A stretch of 64,000 nt of DNA from assembly GCA_013154295.1 (NCBI GenBank), contig JAADCS010000139.1, positions 7,107 through 71,106 on the forward strand. Reading direction: 5' to 3'. A program made the translations under genes and the position numbers. Position 1 is the stretch's first letter; each line of letters begins with the position of its first letter. Source of the stretch: Thermotogota bacterium. GTDB lineage: Bacteria; Hydrothermota; Hydrothermia; LBFQ01. Shown here piece after piece: positions 55,904-62,835 of this stretch. The notes under the pieces were generated by a model that ran no database searches, was not told where the DNA came from, and saw only the letters and a list, made by a program, of their open reading frames with translations.

Positions 55904-57010
55904 ATGTACATGGAGGAAATACAACAAAGCACGCAGATCCTGCTGGTAGGGATAGGAGGAGCAGGGTGTAATATTGTGGATCAGGTTCAGGCTGAACATC
56001 TGAAGAACTATCCTTATACGGTAGATGTATACGCTATAAACACCGACCGACAGAACCTGGCCAATCTGCGCCTGGATAACACTATACAGTTAGGGAGAAA
56101 GGGGCGAGGGGCCGGTTCGGACCCCAAGAAAGGGCGAAGGATGGCAGAAGAGGCCATACGTGTGGGGAAGCTAAATATGATAAAACATAGTGATGAGCGT
56201 GAGTATGACCTCATTATCGTCGTGGCAGGCCTTGGAGGAGGGACTGGTACGGGTTCCGGTCCGGTTATAGTTGAACACCTAAGGGATATGTTTCCCGAAG
56301 CTATAGTCATGGGTATACTGATATATCCGGAGGACGTGGAATCCGGAGTTAAGACGGAGATAGCACGGGCAGGTTTGGTGGAGTATTATCGCCTACTGGA
56401 TTCGGTGGTGGTTATAAATAACGGAAGTATCGTGGATCCCAGTATGCCTATAGCCCAAGCCTATAAGCTAGCGGACGAGTACGTGGCCAACACCATCATG
56501 ACGGTTTTGGAGATCAGCGAAGATTACGGTAAGCCGAACTTGGATTTCAACGACATCCAAAAAGCCTTGGAACCTCCTGCCAGGGGCGAGGATTTCAACC
56601 TCTCGAAGTTTGCCTTCATATCTACCTTTGATATACCTACGGCCCAGGAGATAAACCGGTTACCGGAGAGAATAGAGGAGAAGAAACGGCATCTATCCAT
56701 AAACAGTTTGAGTGGGGCCCGAACTTTGCTCGTGGGTTTCTTCCATAACGGTAAAACCCTAACCTGGGAAAAGGAATCCGCCGTGGTAGATTATCTGAAG
56801 AAGGAAATCATAATGGCCGGTAGATCCCCCTACGTTAAGATGGGCGACTTTATCCAGGGGAAGGACAACATGATGGACAGGGTCAAAATATCGGTGATAA
56901 TATCGGGTGTAAAACCGGACTCCTACATAATAACGGCCCTTAGAGAGGCACGGGCGGAGAAGGAGCTGGAGGAGCTTCTAAGGGGCTTCAGCGATGAAGG
57001 AGACCTTTAA
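55904..57010 (+). CDS. ftsZ: tubulin-fold GTPase, divergent FtsZ
   Basis: VGIGGAGCNIV, AINTDRQNL, GAGSDPKKG, AGLGGGTGTGSGPVIV (tubulin signature), NLDFNDI (T7-loop-like). AAGGAGGAG precedes ATG 55904. Confidence 0.7.
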   Translation: MYMEEIQQSTQILLVGIGGAGCNIVDQVQAEHLKNYPYTVDVYAINTDRQNLANLRLDNTIQLGRKGRGAGSDPKKGRRMAEEAIRVGKLNMIKHSDEREYDLIIVVAGLGGGTGTGSGPVIVEHLRDMFPEAIVMGILIYPEDVESGVKTEIARAGLVEYYRLLDSVVVINNGSIVDPSMPIAQAYKLADEYVANTIMTVLEISEDYGKPNLDFNDIQKALEPPARGEDFNLSKFAFISTFDIPTAQEINRLPERIEEKKRHLSINSLSGARTLLVGFFHNGKTLTWEKESAVVDYLKKEIIMAGRSPYVKMGDFIQGKDNMMDRVKISVIISGVKPDSYIITALREARAEKELEELLRGFSDEGDL

Positions 57011-57821
57011 GGCTCTCTTTGCCGCTTCCTATCGGAGCGTTTTTACCATCCTGGGTATAACTCTCTCCGTCCTTATGGTTATGATAACGGCCAATGCTGC
57101 CTATCTCTCTTACGTGACCTATAGCCGGATACGAGCCGATATTCGTCTCGAGGTGTTTCCCAAGGGGAAGCCACAGGATGTAGCGAATTTCCTAAAGCTT
57201 TTAGGAGGCGTTAAGAGCGCTGAAATTCTTACAGAGGATAAGGCCAAGGAAGAGTTTCTGAAGCATTATCCCCAAGTAAAAGATCTTTTGGAACGGTTAG
57301 GAGACGATGTATTCTATCCTATAATCCGCGTCTATCCGAAAGAACACTGGAAAGACATAACCTTCTTGGATCTGCTCGGAGGCGAGATTGAGGCGTACGC
57401 TGGAGTTTCCGGTGTCTACTATGGTAGGGAATGGTTGGAGGCGGCCCAAACTTTCTTCAATTTCCTCCTCGGTGCCAATGTGGTGGTTTTGGGTGTAGCC
57501 TTCTTGATAACTCTTCTCGTGTCCTTCTACACGGTTAGATTTGTGGTGCATCATCGCCGTAACATGATAGAGATACTACGTCTTGCCGGGGTGTCTCCCT
57601 TAGGTCTCCGTTACCCGTACATTCTCCTTTCACTTATATACACCGTGGTCTCGTGGGCTTTGGTTTTAACCATCGGCCTGGCTATATTGACTCGCTATTC
57701 CCCTACACCGGATGCCCTTCGCTTCAACCTCGTTCTGTCATCACTTCTTTTTGTTATAACCCTCATCACCACCGTTTTTGGTAGTTTCCGAGCTTTGGCT
57801 GATATAGAGAGGGGGCTTTAA
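56994..57821 (+). CDS. ftsX: FtsX-like permease
   Basis: TM1, a ~100-aa extracytoplasmic domain (LEVFPKGKPQDVANFLKLLGGVKSAEILTEDKAKEEF), then 3 C-terminal TMs. No ftsE adjacent. Confidence 0.65.
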   Translation: MKETFKALFAASYRSVFTILGITLSVLMVMITANAAYLSYVTYSRIRADIRLEVFPKGKPQDVANFLKLLGGVKSAEILTEDKAKEEFLKHYPQVKDLLERLGDDVFYPIIRVYPKEHWKDITFLDLLGGEIEAYAGVSGVYYGREWLEAAQTFFNFLLGANVVVLGVAFLITLLVSFYTVRFVVHHRRNMIEILRLAGVSPLGLRYPYILLSLIYTVVSWALVLTIGLAILTRYSPTPDALRFNLVLSSLLFVITLITTVFGSFRALADIERGL

Positions 57822-57867
57822 ATTTGCCACACGGGCCGTTTTTCTCCCTTAAAATGAAAAACTTTCC

Positions 57868-58776
57868 ATGGGTGTTATAGTGATCCACGGTGGAGCGGGG
57901 CGGTGGGGGAGCCAACGCAGGAAGTTGGCCAAGGAAGTTTTAAGGAAGGCTGCGGAAGTGGGGTTCAAGGTACTCCAGAGGGAAGGTCCCCTCAAGGCCG
58001 TTGAGGAAAGTGTTAGGGTGTTGGAAGATTCACCCCACTTCAATGCAGGGAAAGGGAGCGTGTTAAGTTTGGATGGGAGGGTGGAAATGGATGCGTGTAT
58101 CGTGCGAGATAGACCAAGGCTTATAGGTGCCGTTATCGGTGTCTCCAGGGTGAAGAATCCCATAACCTTAGCACGCCTCATAGCGGAGAAGACGTCCCAT
58201 CACATCATGTATGGGGAAGGAGCTGAAAGTCTCGCTAGAATCTTCAACTTACCGGAGGATGATCCAGTTACCGATAGAGCCAGGGAGAAGTTAAAGAAGG
58301 TACGGGCCTTAATAGAATCCGTAGAGGATCTGCCGTTCTATGCCAAAAAGACAGCTGAACTGCTTCGGCGTTATCCGGAGCTTTTTATAGGTACTGTGGG
58401 GGCCGTTGCAACCGACGGTAAGAGAGTGGCGGCCGGTACCTCTACCGGAGGATCATCCATAAAACTGCCCGGTAGGGTGGGGGATACACCGATACCTGGA
58501 GCAGGAACGTGGGCCGAAGATGGATGTGGAGCATCGGCGACGGGTGTCGGCGAGGGTATAATTCAAACACTGATGACTAAAACGTTGTGTGTACTATACT
58601 TTCAAGGTGTGCCTCTTCAAGAGGCAGCCGAAAGGGTAATATCTCTAACGGGCTACCCGGTGGGTGTTATAGCCCTGAACGTTAGGGGAGAGGTGGCTTT
58701 TGCTCATAACACCCCCGATATGCCTGTTGCTGTTATCCGCGGTAACAAAAAGGAGGTAGAGCTATATGGAATATAG
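57868..58776 (+). CDS. isoaspartyl peptidase / plant-type L-asparaginase (Ntn hydrolase)
   Basis: VIHGGAG, FNAGKGS, autoprocessing GTVGAVA, GTSTGG, GAGTWA. Confidence 0.85.
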   Translation: MGVIVIHGGAGRWGSQRRKLAKEVLRKAAEVGFKVLQREGPLKAVEESVRVLEDSPHFNAGKGSVLSLDGRVEMDACIVRDRPRLIGAVIGVSRVKNPITLARLIAEKTSHHIMYGEGAESLARIFNLPEDDPVTDRAREKLKKVRALIESVEDLPFYAKKTAELLRRYPELFIGTVGAVATDGKRVAAGTSTGGSSIKLPGRVGDTPIPGAGTWAEDGCGASATGVGEGIIQTLMTKTLCVLYFQGVPLQEAAERVISLTGYPVGVIALNVRGEVAFAHNTPDMPVAVIRGNKKEVELYGI

Positions 58777-59188
58777 GGTAAAGATACTCGTGTTAGACGA
58801 AAGGGTGTATAAAGGTAAGCAACGCCTATACGTAAGCGTTGCTGATGGTCTGGGTATCATAAAGATAATTGGACGGAACCTTTCCATGCTGGGTACCTAT
58901 AGCGTCCAGATCCGTAAAGGTAGAAATCTGTACTATCTGGTGGAGGCTGAACCTCTTCAGGATTACTCCTACATTTTACGTAACCCCATAGTTGTGGAGA
59001 GCTATTCACGTATCTACAAGATCCTCTACGAGACGTGGCCCCAAAATGGGGATCTTTACACCAAGATGTTGAGAGTGGTTGAAAGATTGGATCGGGAACC
59101 TCAAACTACCTATACCCTCCTACAGGATATTCTGAACGGCAAGGACGAAACCGACACCGAGGAGTTACTATCCGTACTAACTTCCTAA
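58766..59188 (+). CDS. hypothetical protein (faint RecO-N/OB-fold resemblance)
   Basis: 140 aa. GGAGG lies 9 nt upstream of the ATG, and the gene overlaps the asparaginase stop. RVKILVLDERVYKGKQRLYV...LYYLVEAEPL resembles a RecO N-terminal OB fold, but the Zn finger and C-domain are missing. Confidence 0.45.
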   Translation: MEYRVKILVLDERVYKGKQRLYVSVADGLGIIKIIGRNLSMLGTYSVQIRKGRNLYYLVEAEPLQDYSYILRNPIVVESYSRIYKILYETWPQNGDLYTKMLRVVERLDREPQTTYTLLQDILNGKDETDTEELLSVLTS

Positions 59189-59189
59189 T

Positions 59190-59570
59190 ATGGATCGTAT
59201 TCTTAGAGTCGTGAAGGTTGACCCCCACGAAGATGAAGGGGTTCTTTTACTTTTCGTGGAGAGGAGTGGATTGGATCTCCCGTTGGAAAAGTCACCTGAG
59301 ATCACTTTGGATGTCGCCTATGGTGAAGAGGATGAGGTTCCCTATATACTTATGAACTTCAAGTTGGAGAACCTGGAGGTATTCGCAAGGATACCTTACG
59401 GCGAGTCATGGGATCTCCTAACCGAAGGAGATAAGTTGGTGCTGGTGTTTCAGGGGAAGGGTGATCCCCAAAGTTGGCCGATGCTGGTTATAGGTATAAA
59501 CGACTTTATAAGGGGGGTTGTCTTCGGAGCTAAAAGGCTCTGGGAGGAGTTCTCCCAAACGTACGATTAA
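59190..59570 (+). CDS. hypothetical acidic protein
   Basis: 126 aa, 1-nt gap from the upstream gene. No motif recognised. Confidence 0.45.
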   Translation: MDRILRVVKVDPHEDEGVLLLFVERSGLDLPLEKSPEITLDVAYGEEDEVPYILMNFKLENLEVFARIPYGESWDLLTEGDKLVLVFQGKGDPQSWPMLVIGINDFIRGVVFGAKRLWEEFSQTYD

Positions 59571-59601
59571 GGAGCGCCCTCTTCCCTCGCTACAGGTGCG
59601 A

Positions 59602-60765
59602 TTATACGAATTCCGGTTCCACTTGAACGGTCTGTTTTAGGTAATCATAGGCTTTTCGAATTAAGTACTTGTTCGCTAGCTCTTCGTATTTACCCCGCTT
59701 CTTTGCCTCTTTTAGGAACTGTTCTGGGTTTTCTTCGCTTTCCTCCTTTAGGTACTTAATTATATCTTCCTCCGTTATCTCTATATCTTTCTCGTCTATG
59801 AGTCGTAGAATTACGAGATCGCGAAGGACCAGAAAGGCTGCCATCTGAAGAAGCTCCTCATCCACTTCGGAGGGGTCTTTCCCCATGTCGGCAGCCAGAT
59901 CTTGGTACACTTTAAAAACCAAACTGGGAGGTGGTTCAAAAGGAGCAAGACGTAAGATCTCACGGATTATGGCTTCCTCCAGAAAGAGTTCCGCTTCTTT
60001 CTGCGCATCCTCTACCAGTTCCTGACGTATCCTTTCACGCAGTTGGTCGGGGGGATAGCCGAGAAGTTCGGCCAGCTCTTCATCCGATGGGTACTCCATC
60101 TCAAGGACTTTCTTTATCTCATACACCTCTTCTTCACCTTCCTCTTCTCCAGGTAAGATTATCTGATCACCCGCCTTTTTACCTAAAATAGCATTATACA
60201 GTTCTTCATCTAACTCGCTGGCCTTCACAAATATGCGGGCCCTCCTCCTTTTGCTCTCCTTTCCATCCTTGCGGATGAAAAACTCAGCTAAAACCACATC
60301 TCCCTCGCGCACCTCCCGATCAACGCTCTTGAGTGTGGCATTCTCCTCTTTTAGATGCTGTATCTCCTCCTCAACGTCCGCGTCGGTTATTTTTCTGATA
60401 CGTTTTTTGACCTTTATCTGGGTAAGATCCGGTATCTCTATCTTCGGATACACCTCAAACCTTAAGGTGTACTCGTACGCATCATCCATTTCACTTTTGG
60501 CTACGATCTCGGGAGTACCTATGATGATCCAATCTCTTTCTCCGGCCAGCTCTCTTATCTTGTCGTCTAGGGCTTTCTCAATCGCTCTGCTTTCTATGTA
60601 CTCACCGTAGTGTTTCTTCACAAGCGATATGGGGGCTTTACCTGGACGAAAGCCGGGAATTTTTACCCTGCTCGCTATCTCGCGGGCAACCTTATCTTCG
60701 TACTTTTTGATCTCCTCCTTCGATATGATGATCTTCTCCTCTCTAACTGACTTTCTCTCTTCCAT
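59602..60765 (-). CDS. tig: trigger factor
   Basis: Ribosome-binding signature PGFRPGKAP, a short central FKBP-like segment, and a helical C-domain. 387 aa (compact). Confidence 0.85.
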   Translation of the reverse strand: MEERKSVREEKIIISKEEIKKYEDKVAREIASRVKIPGFRPGKAPISLVKKHYGEYIESRAIEKALDDKIRELAGERDWIIIGTPEIVAKSEMDDAYEYTLRFEVYPKIEIPDLTQIKVKKRIRKITDADVEEEIQHLKEENATLKSVDREVREGDVVLAEFFIRKDGKESKRRRARIFVKASELDEELYNAILGKKAGDQIILPGEEEGEEEVYEIKKVLEMEYPSDEELAELLGYPPDQLRERIRQELVEDAQKEAELFLEEAIIREILRLAPFEPPPSLVFKVYQDLAADMGKDPSEVDEELLQMAAFLVLRDLVILRLIDEKDIEITEEDIIKYLKEESEENPEQFLKEAKKRGKYEELANKYLIRKAYDYLKQTVQVEPEFV

Positions 60766-60773
60766 AACCGCCT

Positions 60774-60779
60774 ATTTTA
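60774..60779 (-). promoter_or_regulatory. -10-like box TAAAAT, 8 nt upstream of tig ATG
   Basis: AGTAAAATAGGCGGTTATG on the minus strand, with no SD. Confidence 0.4.
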
Positions 60780-60909
60780 CTGGAGATTAATACCTTAGAT
60801 GCTTGGAATTGGTAGCTGCACCACGGGAACATTTGAGGAAAGGTTTAGTTTACCTTCGGTAGCATATACGAACGATCTAAAGAGGTGCTGCTTTGACAGG
60901 GTAAATGGT

Positions 60910-60947
60910 GGTTTCACTTGGAGGCTATTTACCCTCACAGTGAAACC
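60910..60947 (+). repeat. 38-nt palindromic GTTTC...GAAAC repeat, copy C1
   Basis: GGTTTCACTTGGAGGCTATTTACCCTCACAGTGAAACC, with a 9-bp terminal stem and a 4-bp inner stem. Confidence 0.85.
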
Positions 60948-60996
60948 ATTACATGCTACTGCTAATACCTATCCTTCCGGTAAAAAAGTGTGGGCT

Positions 60997-61034
60997 GGTA
61001 CCACTATGAAGCTGCTTGACCGCAAAGTGATACC
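60997..61034 (+). repeat. 38-nt repeat, degenerate copy C2 (49 nt downstream of C1)
   Basis: GGTACCACTATGAAGCTGCTTGACCGCAAAGTGATACC. Same length, the same GGTAyCACT/AGTGAtACC terminal stem, and scattered internal matches to copy B. Confidence 0.6.
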
Positions 61035-61069
61035 GACCTGATGCTCTGGGGAATTGGGACACAAGACAA

Positions 61070-61596
61070 TTATTTCCGCAAGAACCTGATAAATTTTTTA
61101 AACTCCTTATCCTCACACGCGTTGGCCACCCTCCTACTCACACCCTTTGCTATGAGTTCTAACACGCCCCTCCCGTACGGTACCTTTACGGAGCGTGCTA
61201 TACACTCCAGAGCCTCCTTAGGTCTTTCGGGTTTTCCGTTCTCCCTTAGGCTGTACTTCTTGCGGCACTCCTTCACGATTGATTCTTCGACCTTTAAGGC
61301 TCGTGCGAGTCTTTGGGTATCATACCACGCCCATATCTCTATCTCCGGAGATGGTACGATGACAGCTATGTCCTCCTCCTTCCAGTTGGTGTTTTCCCAC
61401 TCCTCATCCAACATCACCATGACCTTTTTGGCTCTGCCTTGGTAGTACTCCCGTAAGAGCTCGTAGGGTTGTTGAAAACCCCCGGATCGCTCTCCTCGTG
61501 GATGATCACTTCATATCTGACTTGGCCGATTCTAAGGCTCCTCGTTAAGTAGAAGTCCGCCACCAGTATAACGACGTCGTATTTTTGTTCGTTCAT
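61070..61596 (-). pseudogene. DUF4276/TOPRIM-like small partner protein, disrupted by one frameshift
   Basis: Two ORFs (61414..61596 and 61070..61420) lie in different frames. The downstream frame reads back to 61510 as ...GGFQQPYELLREYYQGRAKKVMVMLDEEWE..., so the junction lies between 61417 and 61510, most simply at the A4C5 run at 61475-61483. Motifs VMVMLDEEWE and IVPSPEIEIWAWYD resemble the acidic/EAW motifs I recall for DUF4276. ATGA overlap with the ATPase stop. Confidence 0.6.
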
Positions 61597-62828
61597 AGAA
61601 TACCACTCACCATCAACTTATCCAGGGGTATTTTCTTTCTCCATTTCCGCAACGCGGGATGCTCTGTCCCCCTCACTATGTCGGTAGCTCCCTCCTTGGT
61701 CTTCCTAAAGACGAGTATATCCCCCGGCTGCATCTGGCGTAACAGGAGGAGGGAATGAGTGGCTATGAATATCTGGTTATCTGAAGTGGATTTGAGTACT
61801 TCTAACAAACTACTCACGGCACGGGGATGTATTCTGTTTTCAGGCTCTTCTATCAAGAATATGCGTTTTTGGGGTGGAAGGAAGGGAATAGCACTAAGGG
61901 CGAGAAAGCGGAGGGTCCCGTCGGATAGCACCCAGGAGGGAGCCTTTAGACCGTATCTGTAGCGGAGGACTATATATAGGAAGTTATCTTCCGGCCTGCG
62001 GTGTATCTCAATATCCTCAACGTCCTTCAAGGTGGCGCTCACGTGGGAGACGTACCACAAAAACCTTTGCGGGTAGTTTCCCTTTAGGTTTAAAGGGGCT
62101 ATGGGAAGGTTGGAACCGTCAGGCTGAAAGTTGATGGGAGCACTCGGAGAAGTTGGACGTCTCATTTTTTCAACGTTGAGGTGGATAAAAAGCAGCGAAT
62201 TTTTCAGTATGTTCCTAAACCATAATGAAGTGCGAAACCTTCGCTCATCTTCCAACAGTACGGATAGGACAGGCTTACAGGGGTTTATATCAAGGGTTAT
62301 GTTGAAGGGTTCGAGGCCAAGCTCCGACCTCATATACACCCTTGGGCCGTACTCCAACCTGCGGGCCACCAACCTGTGGCCCGGCGTCGTTCTCACTTTT
62401 CTCTCCGTGGTATCAATGAGGGGTTTATCCGGAAAAAGGATTGGAAGCAGGCTCCTCTCTGGGGGTGGGTCGCTAACGGAGGAGCTCTCCACCAGGTACA
62501 GGTGCTCCCTCACGGGAGCGGGACCGTACTCTTCTTATCTTTGGATTTTATACGGTACTCTTCCGGCAATTCATACTCTATTACGAATTCAAAACCTTCA
62601 TCGACGTTCTTCATCATCCATACGAGATGGGAAAAGTCGGGTGCTCTCTTTTGCACCGCACCCATAACCCCATTTTCGCGAGGTTATCATGTCTTTTACG
62701 AAGAGGAGAACATCAAGGAAGTTACTCTTACCGGAAGCGTTTGGCCCTATCAGAGCGTTGAAAGGGCCCACAGGTACATCCACCCACCGTAGGCTTCGGT
62801 ACCTGTGGGCTTTCAACCTTATTAACAT
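61593..62828 (-). pseudogene. ABC/SMC-like AAA_21-type ATPase, disrupted by two frameshifts
   Basis: The N-terminal ORF 62598..62828 carries Walker A (GPNASGKSNFLDVLLF). The C-terminal ORF 61593..62513 carries FQPDGSNLP, the signature SDGTLRFLALSAI, Walker B IFLIEEPENRIHP and H-loop IATHS. Both are in the same frame but separated by four stops. The intervening segment reads cleanly in another frame (ENGVMGAVQKRAPDFSHLVWMMKNVDEGFEFVIEYELPEEYRIKSKDKKSTVPLP). Confidence 0.7.
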
Positions 62829-62835
62829 TTCTCCC

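Noticed and set aside
60910-61034. Calling the repeat pair a bona fide CRISPR array
   Set aside because: There are only two units, the second degenerate. The 49-nt spacer is on the long side, no cas genes are in the window, and the other copies are solitary. It is kept as a hypothesis in the findings and not annotated as CRISPR.
60799-61041. 80-aa plus-strand ORF in the tig upstream spacer
   Set aside because: It runs straight through both 38-nt palindromic repeats. It has no -10/SD context and no protein-like composition.
62131-62667. 178-aa plus-strand ORF across the ATPase pseudogene
   Set aside because: The minus strand carries all the ABC ATPase motifs in order. The plus-strand product is S/L/R-rich with no motif.
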